A DNA stretch of 30,750 bases from Gemmatimonadaceae bacterium (GTDB lineage Bacteria > Gemmatimonadota > Gemmatimonadetes > Gemmatimonadales > Gemmatimonadaceae). The position numbers were made by a program, and so were the translations under genes. Location: NCBI GenBank assembly GCA_014379705.1, contig JACMLI010000420.1:1-30750 (forward strand), given 5' to 3'. Under the pieces are notes generated by a model. It did not search any database. It saw only the letters and a program-made list of their open reading frames with translations, and was not told the DNA's origin. Shown piece by piece: positions 8,634 through 16,712 of this stretch (the first letter of the stretch is position 1; each line of letters begins with the position of its first letter).

Positions 8634-8664
8634 GAACGCCGCCGGCCACCCGCCGGCGGCGTTC
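8634..8664 (+). other. Strong hairpin in the rpsB-tsf intercistronic region
   Basis: GAACGCCGCCGGC-CACCC-GCCGGCGGCGTTC, a perfect 13-bp stem with no U-tract. Confidence 0.7.
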
Positions 8665-8688
8665 TCACAACACGCAAGGAACCTGACG

Positions 8689-9579
8689 ATGGCGATCACG
8701 GCAAAGGACGTAGCAGACCTCCGCGCGCGCACGGGCGCCGGCATGATGGATTGCAAGAAGGCCCTCGAAGAAGCCGATGGCGATATCACCCGGGCGATCG
8801 AGATCCTCCGCACCAAGGGGATCACGAAGGCCGAGAAGCGGGCCGGGCGCTCTGCCTCCGAAGGCCGCATCGTGGTCAAGCTCGCCGACCACGGGCAGAC
8901 CGCATCGATCGTCGAGGTGAACTCGGAGACCGACTTCGTCGCCCGCAACGACGAATTCGGCACCGTGGCGCACTCGCTCGCAGAGCACGTCTTCGCCGAC
9001 AGCGCCCTCGACTCCGCCGTGCATAACGCGGCCGAGAGCACGCTCCTCGGCCAGGCGTTCCACAATGACGCGTCGCAGACCGTGGGCGACGTCGTGAAGG
9101 CCGCGTCAGCCAGGACCGGTGAAAACGTCGTGCTCCGCCGCTTCGCCCGCTTTGCCACCGACGGCGTCATCGGCCACTACGTGCACTTCAACGGCAAGGT
9201 CGCCGCCGTCGTCGACGTGACGGGGGCCAACAACGACGCCGCGCGTGAGCTGGCCAAGTCGGTCGCCGAGCACATCGCGGCCGGCGTGCCGCGCGTGCCC
9301 TATGGCGTCACCCGCGACGACGTGCCGAAGGCCTTCGTCGACAAGGAGCGCGAGATCTTCGCCGCCCAGGCCAAGGAGTCGGGCAAGCCGGACAACATCA
9401 TCGCCAAGATGGTGGAAGGGCAGGTGAACAAGCTCTACGCCGAGGCCGCGCTGATGGAGCAGGAGTGGGTGCGTGACCCGAACATCCGCATCCGGCAGCT
9501 GGTCGAGCAGAAGTCGAAGGAGGGCGGCGCTCCGCTGGCGATTCGGAGGTTTGTGCGATACCAGATGGGGGAGGAATAG
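8689..9579 (+). CDS. tsf: Translation elongation factor Ts
   Basis: V.DLRARTGAGMMDCKKAL.EA.GD, EVNSETDFVARN, GENVVLRRFARF, RRFVRYQMGE. Confidence 0.99.
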   Translation: MAITAKDVADLRARTGAGMMDCKKALEEADGDITRAIEILRTKGITKAEKRAGRSASEGRIVVKLADHGQTASIVEVNSETDFVARNDEFGTVAHSLAEHVFADSALDSAVHNAAESTLLGQAFHNDASQTVGDVVKAASARTGENVVLRRFARFATDGVIGHYVHFNGKVAAVVDVTGANNDAARELAKSVAEHIAAGVPRVPYGVTRDDVPKAFVDKEREIFAAQAKESGKPDNIIAKMVEGQVNKLYAEAALMEQEWVRDPNIRIRQLVEQKSKEGGAPLAIRRFVRYQMGEE

Positions 9580-9718
9580 ACGGGATGGACGAGATAGACG
9601 AGATAGACGGGATGGACGAAATCAAGGAGTGCAGGGCGCACGGGTCTCATGACTTGCGCGTACGGCGCTACGAGGGTTAGGCTCGCACGCAATCGACTAT
9701 CTCGTCCATCTCGTCCAC
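9576..9718. repeat. Inverted pair of 9-bp degenerate tandem repeats (element B)
   Basis: Left arm ATAGACGGG ATGGACGAG ATAGACGAG ATAGACGGG ATGGACGAA (9576-9620). Right arm GACTAT CTCGTCCAT CTCGTCCAC (9695-9718). Confidence 0.9.
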
Positions 9719-9727
9719 TCGCCCCGA

Positions 9728-10441
9728 ATGTCCGACCTGCCCTACCAACGCATCCTGCTCAAGCTCTCCGGTGAAGCGCTCGCCGGTGACAAGGGCTTTG
9801 GATACGATTTCGAGCGGGTCGCCCAGTTCGCCGACGAGATCAAGACGGTCGTCGAGATGGGCGTCGGGGTCGGCCTCGTCATCGGGGGCGGGAACATGGT
9901 GCGTGGCACGCAGCTCGCCGCGCTCGGCATGGATCGGGTGGCGGCGGACTACATGGGCATGCTCGGCACCGTCATCAACGCCCTGGCACTCCAGGACACG
10001 CTCGAGAAGAAGGGCCTCGACACGCGGGTGATGACGGCGATCCGCATGGAGGAACTCGCCGAGCCGTACATCCGGCGGCGGGCCCTGCGCCATTTCGAGA
10101 AGGGGCGCATCGTGGTGTTTGCCGCCGGCACGGGTAACCCGTATTTCTCCACCGATACGGCCGCCGCCCTCCGCGCGATCCAGATCAAGGCCGACGTCAT
10201 CATCAAGGCCACGTCGGTCGACGGCGTGTACAGCGCCGATCCCAAGAAGGACCCCACCGCGACGCGTTACGAACAGATCTCCTACCGCGACGTCATGCTC
10301 GAGGAACTCGGGGTGATGGACCAGACGGCAGTCACGCTCTGCAAGGAGAACAAGCTGCCGCTGATCGTCCTCAACATTCACGAACCAGGCGCTGTCGCGC
10401 GCGCGGTGCGCGGCGAGCGCGTGGGAACCATGGTACGATGA
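9728..10441 (+). CDS. pyrH: Uridylate kinase
   Basis: [60 protein letters not shown]. Confidence 0.99.
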   Translation: MSDLPYQRILLKLSGEALAGDKGFGYDFERVAQFADEIKTVVEMGVGVGLVIGGGNMVRGTQLAALGMDRVAADYMGMLGTVINALALQDTLEKKGLDTRVMTAIRMEELAEPYIRRRALRHFEKGRIVVFAAGTGNPYFSTDTAAALRAIQIKADVIIKATSVDGVYSADPKKDPTATRYEQISYRDVMLEELGVMDQTAVTLCKENKLPLIVLNIHEPGAVARAVRGERVGTMVR

Positions 10442-10989
10442 GCATCGCCAACATCCTCAAGGACGCGAAGGCCCACATGGACAAGGCCTTCGAAAGCACC
10501 AGGCACGAGTTCTCCTCGATCCGCTCGGGCAAGGCCACGACGAGCATGCTCGACACCGTGCGCGTCGAGATGTACGGGAGCCACATGTCGCTCAACCAGG
10601 TGGCGTCCGTCGCGGCACCCGAGCCCCGACTCCTCGTCGTGACCCCCTTCGACAAGGGGCAGATGAAGGCGGTGGAAAAGGCGATCCGTGAGTCGGACCT
10701 CGGGCTCGATCCGTCGGTCCAGGGGGCGATCATTCGCGTGCCCCTGCCGTCGATGAACGAGCAGCGCCGCAAGGACCTCGCGAAGATCATCCACAAGTTC
10801 GCCGAGGAAGGTCGCATTGCGGTGCGTCACTGGCGCACGGAAGCGCGCGCCGGCTTCAAGAAGCTCGAGGGCGTCTCCGAGGACGACGTGAAGCACGCGG
10901 AAAAGGACCTGCAGAAGCTCCATGACGACTGCATTGCGCGGATCGACGCCGCAATGAAGGCGAAGGAAGCCGAGATCATGGAGGTCTGA
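10438..10989 (+). CDS. frr: Ribosome recycling factor
   Basis: IRSGKA....LD.V.VE.YG, LNQVASV..PEPR.L.V.PFDK, IRVPLP.MNE.RRKDL; ATGA overlap with pyrH. Confidence 0.99.
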   Translation: MSIANILKDAKAHMDKAFESTRHEFSSIRSGKATTSMLDTVRVEMYGSHMSLNQVASVAAPEPRLLVVTPFDKGQMKAVEKAIRESDLGLDPSVQGAIIRVPLPSMNEQRRKDLAKIIHKFAEEGRIAVRHWRTEARAGFKKLEGVSEDDVKHAEKDLQKLHDDCIARIDAAMKAKEAEIMEV

Positions 10990-10992
10990 CCC

Positions 10993-11850
10993 ATCGGCGA
11001 ACTGGCGCGCCGAATCGCGGTCGCGGTCGTCGGCATTCCGCTCGTCATCGGGCTCGTCTACCTCGGCGAGCTCCCGTTGGCGCTGCTCCTCGGGTTGCTC
11101 GGTGGACTCGGTGCGTGGGAGCTCTACCGCATGGCGCGGCAGCTCGGCATCGAGGCCATGGACGTCGTCGGTATCGCGATCGCGGCCGCGATCCCGCTCT
11201 ACGCTGCACTCGATCGTTTGGGTGTGCTGCAGAGCCCCGCCGCGATCGCCGCCGTGGTGTTCATTGCGCTGCTCGGGATGAGCCTCTGGGCGCGCGGCGT
11301 CGGGGGACGCCCCCTCGAGTCGGTGGCCGTGACCGCGTTCGGAGCCGTGTACGCCGGTGGGATGCTCACCTTCGGCTTCCTCCTCCGGCACCATCGCTTC
11401 GCCGTGACCGCCGAAGCGGGGACGGCCCTCGTCCTCTTCCCGATCGTGCTCACCTGGGCGTCCGACATCGGCGCATACTTCGTGGGCCGCGCCATCGGCA
11501 AGGCGAAGCTGATGCCGGCCATCAGCCCCGGAAAGACGCGTGCCGGCGCCGTGGGTGCGCTGGTGGTCACCGTGCTCGCAGCGCTGGCATACAACACGTG
11601 GGTGCTCCGACCGATGGCGCAACTGACCCTGGCTCCGATGATCGTCGTGATCTTCGGCTTGGTGGTGAGTGTCGCCGCGCAAGTCGGGGACCTGTTTGAA
11701 TCGATGCTCAAGCGGGAAGCGGGCGTGAAGGACAGTTCGCACCTGTTGCCCGGCCACGGTGGGATCCTGGACCGCCTCGATTCGATCTACTTCGTGCTGC
11801 CCATCGCGTACCTGGTCCTCAACCGATTGCTCGTCGCCGCTCCGCGATGA
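10993..11850 (+). CDS. cdsA: Phosphatidate cytidylyltransferase; start uncertain (ATC 10993 proposed)
   Basis: TWASDIGAYFVGR.IGK.KL.P.ISPGKT..G, GDLFESMLKREAGVKDSSHLLPGHGGILDRLDS. CdsA-like N-terminal helix ELARRIAVAVVGIPLVIGLVYLG lies upstream of the first TTG (11077), and GGAGGT (10980-10985) sits 7 nt before ATC. Confidence 0.93.
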   Translation: MGELARRIAVAVVGIPLVIGLVYLGELPLALLLGLLGGLGAWELYRMARQLGIEAMDVVGIAIAAAIPLYAALDRLGVLQSPAAIAAVVFIALLGMSLWARGVGGRPLESVAVTAFGAVYAGGMLTFGFLLRHHRFAVTAEAGTALVLFPIVLTWASDIGAYFVGRAIGKAKLMPAISPGKTRAGAVGALVVTVLAALAYNTWVLRPMAQLTLAPMIVVIFGLVVSVAAQVGDLFESMLKREAGVKDSSHLLPGHGGILDRLDSIYFVLPIAYLVLNRLLVAAPR

Positions 11851-12980
11851 CCCGGGCCGGCGTTGCCATCCTCGGGGCCACGGGGTCGATCGGACGCTCT
11901 GCCGTGCGCGTGCTCAAGCGTCATCCGGAGCGCTTCGCCGCGCGTGCCCTCACCGCGCATTCCGCCCTCGACGACCTCGCGAAGTGCGCCGCGGCGCTCG
12001 ACGTGCCCTGGGTGGGGATCGTCGAGCCATCGGGGGAGGTGCCAGCCGGCTGGTGTCAGGGGCCGAGCGTCCTGACGACGGCGGCGACCCTTCCGGGTGT
12101 CGACATCGTCCTCAATGCCGTCGTCGGCGCCGCGGGCCTCGACGCGACCCTGGCGGCCCTCGGCGCGGGCAAGCGGGTGGCCCTCGCCAACAAGGAATCC
12201 CTGGTGGTCGCCGGGCAGCTCGTCATGGACGCCGCGCGAGCCGGGCAGGGAAGCGTCGTTCCCGTCGACTCCGAACACTCGGCAATCCTTCAATGCCTCG
12301 CCGGGCGCCCTGGTACCGAAGTCCGTCGGCTGATCCTGACGGCGTCGGGCGGCCCCTTCCGGACCTGGGACGCCGAACGCCTGCGCGCGGCCACCCTTGC
12401 CGACGCCCTGCAGCACCCCACGTGGCAGATGGGACGAAAGATCACGGTCGACAGTGCCACCCTGGCCAACAAGGCCATGGAGGTCATTGAGGCGCACTTC
12501 CTGTTCGGGGTGCCCTACGAGAACATCGAAGTCGTCGTGCACCCCCAGAGCATCGTGCACTCGATGGTGGAGTTCGTCGACGGGAGCGTCCTGGCCCAAC
12601 TCGGGGTTCCTTCGATGGAGCTACCGATCCTGTACGCGCTGACGCACCCTGACCGACTGGACGACACCGGGGTACCACGGTTCGACCCGGTGGGGGCATC
12701 GCCGCTGACGTTCGAGCCCGTGCGCCACGATGCTTTTCCGGCGCTGCAACTCGGGGTCGGTGCCGGGCGTAGGGGAGGCGCGGCTCCCGCGGTGTTCAAC
12801 GCGGCGAACGAACAGGCCGTCGCCCTTTTCCTCGATGGAAGGATCCAGTTTGGCGGCATTCCGTTGGCCATCAGCGCGGCGCTCGACGCGTTAGGCGGGA
12901 TGCCGGGTTCGACGCGTGACCAGTTGATGGCGGCCGACGCGGCCGCCAGGGACCTCGTTCGGGAACATTGCAGATGCTAG
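11847..12980 (+). CDS. dxr: 1-deoxy-D-xylulose-5-phosphate reductoisomerase (MEP pathway)
   Basis: ILGATGSIG, ALANKESLV, PVDSEHSA, LTASGGPFR, HPTWQMGRKITVDSAT; ATGA overlap with cdsA. Confidence 0.98.
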   Translation: MTRAGVAILGATGSIGRSAVRVLKRHPERFAARALTAHSALDDLAKCAAALDVPWVGIVEPSGEVPAGWCQGPSVLTTAATLPGVDIVLNAVVGAAGLDATLAALGAGKRVALANKESLVVAGQLVMDAARAGQGSVVPVDSEHSAILQCLAGRPGTEVRRLILTASGGPFRTWDAERLRAATLADALQHPTWQMGRKITVDSATLANKAMEVIEAHFLFGVPYENIEVVVHPQSIVHSMVEFVDGSVLAQLGVPSMELPILYALTHPDRLDDTGVPRFDPVGASPLTFEPVRHDAFPALQLGVGAGRRGGAAPAVFNAANEQAVALFLDGRIQFGGIPLAISAALDALGGMPGSTRDQLMAADAAARDLVREHCRC

Positions 12981-14155
12981 CCTGGCTCGCCCCGCTCATC
13001 GTCTTCGGCCTCGTGGTCTTCGTCCACGAACTCGGCCACTTCCTCGCCGCCAAGTTCGTCGGCGTCTATGCACCCGTCTTCTCCTTTGGCTGGGGCCCAC
13101 GGTTGTGGGGCATCCGGCGCGGCGAGACCGACTACCGCATCTCCTGGTTTCCCGTCGGCGGCTTCGTCGCGATGGCGACGCGCGATTCCGAGGGGAACGC
13201 CATCGAGGGGAACACGGACGTCGGCAACGCCGAGGCTTCCGAAGGGACCCCCGGGCACCAGAAGGGACTGAACCCCATCCCTTTCGACCCCACCGCGCTC
13301 AAGCCCTTCGGGCCAAGGCCGGTGCCACGCGAGCGTTGGGTCGAGTCAAAGCCCCTTTGGGCCAAGATCTTCGTGTTGTCGGCCGGCGTGATCATGAATG
13401 CGATTCTCGCCCTCGTCGTCGCCATCGGGAGCGTGTACCACTACGGGCGCCCGTACCTGCCGGCCGTGGTGGACTCGGTGGTCGCCGGTCGTCCAGCAGC
13501 CCTCGCCGGGATGGCGGTGGGTGACTCCATCGTGGCGATCAATGGCGCCGCGGTGCAGCGCTGGACCGACGTGGTAGACGTGATCTCGAACTCCCCGGGG
13601 AAGGCCGTCTCCCTCGACGTCATCCGTCGCGGCGGGGAACGCGCCACGTTGCAGGTGACTCCGGAGGGGGTGCAGGAGCCCGATCCGGCCACCGGAGCCC
13701 CGGCCACCGTCGGGCGCATCGGTATCGCCCAGCCGCGCCGTGCGCAGCGGGAATCGGTGACCTTCGGGACAGCCGTCACCGACGGATGGAAGGGCACGGT
13801 GGCCATGGGGTCGGACGTGTTCAAGGTCGTCGGTGGGCTGTTCAGCGGCGACGTGTCGGTGAAGCAGCTCGGCGGGCCCATCCGGATTGCCCAGGTGTCG
13901 TACCAGGCGGCGCAGAGCGGGGTCGAGACGCTGCTGTATCTGCTCGCCTTCCTCAGCATCAACATCGCGGTCCTGAACCTGATCCCGTTGCCGTTGCTGG
14001 ATGGTGGGCAAATCGTCCTGCGAGTAGTGGAAGCCATCAAGGGGAGCGAATTCAGCATGCGCGCGCAGGAGTACATCATGCGGGCCGGCATGCTCTTCCT
14101 GCTGATGATCTTCGTCCTCGTCATGTTCAACGACATCAAGGCCCTGTTTTCGTGA
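12974..14155 (+). CDS. rseP: RIP zinc metalloprotease RseP (site-2 protease, one PDZ domain)
   Basis: HELGH (HExxH), FSFGWGP, a PDZ-like region, GGPIRI, NLIPLPLLDGG. ATG 12974 preferred over TTG 12968. Confidence 0.97.
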   Translation: MLAWLAPLIVFGLVVFVHELGHFLAAKFVGVYAPVFSFGWGPRLWGIRRGETDYRISWFPVGGFVAMATRDSEGNAIEGNTDVGNAEASEGTPGHQKGLNPIPFDPTALKPFGPRPVPRERWVESKPLWAKIFVLSAGVIMNAILALVVAIGSVYHYGRPYLPAVVDSVVAGRPAALAGMAVGDSIVAINGAAVQRWTDVVDVISNSPGKAVSLDVIRRGGERATLQVTPEGVQEPDPATGAPATVGRIGIAQPRRAQRESVTFGTAVTDGWKGTVAMGSDVFKVVGGLFSGDVSVKQLGGPIRIAQVSYQAAQSGVETLLYLLAFLSINIAVLNLIPLPLLDGGQIVLRVVEAIKGSEFSMRAQEYIMRAGMLFLLMIFVLVMFNDIKALFS

Positions 14156-14562
14156 TTTTGTCTCGCCGTTTTCTGCTTGGAGTCGCATTCGCGGCCGCGC
14201 CGGCCTGCCTGGTGCCCGCCGCCCTGGGTGCGCAGCAGCGCCTGGTACGTTTCGAGATCACGGCGGTGAGCGACACGTCGCTCAACTTCCGCGTCGGCAC
14301 GGAGAAGTGGGTGGCGCCCGGACTCCAGGGGAGTGCGGTCGATCCGCGCCGGCGCGACCAGCTGGTGGCGCGCTACCGGGTGGCCTTCGTGCGCGATGGC
14401 GTTGCGACCGCGATGGTCACCGGGCAGACGACCGCCGTGTCGATCGACCACGTGGCGACGATGCCAGCGCCCGGGCGACGATGGTACCGTGGCGCGCCCT
14501 TCTGGGCGGGGCTGCTCCTCGGTGGTGCCGTGGGCGTCGCGACGACCGCGCTCACGAAGTGA
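14152..14562 (+). CDS. Hypothetical exported protein with a C-terminal membrane anchor (136 aa)
   Basis: GTGA overlap with the rseP stop. MILSRRFLLG...ALGA|QQ signal peptide, beta-rich core, and C-terminal RRWYRGAPFW plus hydrophobic helix. It is the tail of track ORF 13786..14562. Confidence 0.75.
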   Translation: MILSRRFLLGVAFAAAPACLVPAALGAQQRLVRFEITAVSDTSLNFRVGTEKWVAPGLQGSAVDPRRRDQLVARYRVAFVRDGVATAMVTGQTTAVSIDHVATMPAPGRRWYRGAPFWAGLLLGGAVGVATTALTK

Positions 14563-14566
14563 CTGC

Positions 14567-16216
14567 CTAACGCGCGTCGTCCTTCCCGTCGCAGATCAGG
14601 CTGATGAGGCGCGTCACCGGCCGCTCCACCGCAATCTGCACCTCCTGCTGCTCGTAGTCCTGGCAGGGTTTGTCCGCCGTGACGCGCAAGTCATACAAGC
14701 CCGTTGGGAGCACCAGGACTCCCGTCATGGGGAGTGGGCCTTCCTTGCGAACCCCGTCGCCCTGGATTTCATAACGAGCCCCTGACGGCAGCGGCGTGCC
14801 CCGAAGGCTGATCGACAGGGTGCCACAAGAACGCACGGGAAGTTGCACCCGTTGCGTTGCCCCGCTTCGCACCTGGATCGAACGCGTTTGCGATGCACTC
14901 TCACATCCATCGGGTGCCGTCACGGTCGCTCGCACCGTGTGCAGTCCGGGCTTCATCGTGTCCGCCGACCAGGCTCCATTTCCCACCGGCACGCCGTTCA
15001 CGGTGACGCTGGCGGCCTCCGGAGCCTCGATCGTCAGACGGGTGATGGGCCGACGAATCATCGACGTGTCGCCGCGCCGGATCGCTGCGATCACGGAGTC
15101 GATGGGGACCGGACGGGCACCGCTCAAGACGGTATCGGCGATTTTCGCGGTGAACACCTGGGTGGGGAGCGTTGGCGGGGGGAGCAGAGAGGCCGCCGGG
15201 CTGTTGCGCCGCGCCACGATCGGGAGCGCCGCGGCGGCGACCACGATTATCCTAAGCGCCGCCAGCGCCGCCCGTCGACCGCGACTCGCCTTGCGAGGGC
15301 GCTTCCCACCCAGGGCACGCTCGCGGACGGTCGGCGTCTCGGTCGGGGAGAGGAAAACACCCGAGGTGCCGAGCGAACCCCCGGCGCGCGGATTGGCCAG
15401 CACTTCATTCAACTCGTCCGCCAGCTGCTCGCCGGTTGCGGGGCGGTCGTCGGGGTGTTTGGCGAGGCAACGCAGGATCAGCCGCTCGAAGGCCGGCGAG
15501 ACGCTCGTGGTGATCGAGCGGGGGCTCGGTGGCGCGTCTTCGACGTGGGCCCTGGCAATCTCGTACCAGTCGTCCCCTTCAAACGGGAGGCGGCCCGTCG
15601 CGGAGCGGTACATGGAGACGCCGAGCGAGTAGATGTCTGCGCGACCGTCGAGGGGCTTGGCGCGGGCCTGTTCGGGGGCGAAGTACTGTGGCGTCCCGAC
15701 GACCATGTTCGTTCCCGTCTGCTGCGTGTAGCCGGAGACGGCGCGGGCGATACCGAAGTCCGCCACCACCGCATTCCCGTGGACGTCGAACAGGATGTTG
15801 TCGACCTTGATGTCCCGGTGGATTACCCCCTCGCGGTGGGCGAACCCGAGGGCGCGCGCCACATCGATCCCCACCTTGATGACGAACTCCTCCGCGAGGA
15901 AGGGCGTAGTGTCGAGCTTGTTCGCCAGCCCAGAGGGGAGGAAGTCCATGGCGAAGTAGACCGCGTCACCATCGCGGCCGACCTCGTAGATCTTGACGAT
16001 GTTTGGGTGGCGGAGTCGCGCCGCCGTCGACGCCTCCTTTCGGAAGCGATCCTCGAAGGTGGTATCACCCGCGAACTGCGGCTTGAGGACCTTGAGGGCG
16101 ACCGGGATCTCGAGCGTGGGGTCGTACCCGCGGTATACCCAGGCGAAGCCCCCCGAGCCGATCAGCTCCTCGACGCGGTACTTTCCGAGGGTTTTGCCGA
16201 GGTATCGTTCGGGCAC
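14567..16216 (-). CDS. Hanks-type membrane Ser/Thr protein kinase with an extracytoplasmic beta-rich domain
   Basis: IGSGGFAWVY, VALKVL, HRDIKVDN, DFGIARA, GTPQYFAPE, DIYSLG, RCLAKHP..RP; then one hydrophobic segment and a C-terminal PEGA-like region with cysteines. Confidence 0.93.
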   Translation of the reverse strand: MPERYLGKTLGKYRVEELIGSGGFAWVYRGYDPTLEIPVALKVLKPQFAGDTTFEDRFRKEASTAARLRHPNIVKIYEVGRDGDAVYFAMDFLPSGLANKLDTTPFLAEEFVIKVGIDVARALGFAHREGVIHRDIKVDNILFDVHGNAVVADFGIARAVSGYTQQTGTNMVVGTPQYFAPEQARAKPLDGRADIYSLGVSMYRSATGRLPFEGDDWYEIARAHVEDAPPSPRSITTSVSPAFERLILRCLAKHPDDRPATGEQLADELNEVLANPRAGGSLGTSGVFLSPTETPTVRERALGGKRPRKASRGRRAALAALRIIVVAAAALPIVARRNSPAASLLPPPTLPTQVFTAKIADTVLSGARPVPIDSVIAAIRRGDTSMIRRPITRLTIEAPEAASVTVNGVPVGNGAWSADTMKPGLHTVRATVTAPDGCESASQTRSIQVRSGATQRVQLPVRSCGTLSISLRGTPLPSGARYEIQGDGVRKEGPLPMTGVLVLPTGLYDLRVTADKPCQDYEQQEVQIAVERPVTRLISLICDGKDDAR

Positions 16217-16228
16217 CGTGTCGACGCC

Positions 16229-16257
16229 TTTACTTGTGAGGTGACGACCAGTAAGTT
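16229..16257 (+). promoter_or_regulatory. Candidate sigma70 promoter for rpsO
   Basis: TTTACT (16229-16234), 17 bp spacer, TAAGTT (16252-16257), in an AT-rich divergent intergenic region. Confidence 0.45.
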
Positions 16258-16315
16258 CTTATGCTTCAAACAACTTAGCTAAGAATGGGCGAGGGTCGCC
16301 CGGAGAATATACACC

Positions 16316-16576
16316 ATGGCTTTTGAAAAGGCAGCGACGATCGTTAAGTACAAGACGCACGAGACAGATACGGGATCTCCGCGCGTGCAGGTCGCCGTGC
16401 TCACGGAGCGTATCAATTACCTCACGGGCCACTTCAAGTCGCACCCCAAGGACCATCATGGTCGTCGCGGGTTGCTGAAGATGGTTGGTAAGCGCCGTCG
16501 CCTCCTCGAGTACCTCAAGTCATCCGACGTTGAAGGGTACCGTCAGGTGATCGGCGACCTTGGCCTGCGCCACTAG
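16316..16576 (+). CDS. rpsO: 30S ribosomal protein S15
   Basis: [52 protein letters not shown]; GGAG RBS. Confidence 0.99.
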   Translation: MAFEKAATIVKYKTHETDTGSPRVQVAVLTERINYLTGHFKSHPKDHHGRRGLLKMVGKRRRLLEYLKSSDVEGYRQVIGDLGLRH

Positions 16577-16596
16577 TCTCCATTCCTAGGTAGTCC

Positions 16597-16633
16597 ACGC
16601 GCGGGGGCGCTCAGCCCCGGCGCGTTTTGTGTT
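16597..16633 (+). terminator. Intrinsic terminator-like hairpin between rpsO and pnp
   Basis: ACGCGC-GGGGGC-GCTCA-GCCCC-G-GCGCGT followed by TTTGTGTT. Confidence 0.65.
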
Positions 16634-16712
16634 GCAGTCACTTTCAGGTCCACTTGCGCTCCGGCGCCCATGAACGGGCGCCGCATGCAGCGCGCCATGA
16701 GGCAATCACACG

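Noticed and set aside
10987-11013. frr UGA plus downstream hairpin as a selenocysteine insertion site
   Set aside because: The position corresponds to no Cys or redox site in RRF or CdsA, and the 6-bp stem does not clearly match a bacterial SECIS.
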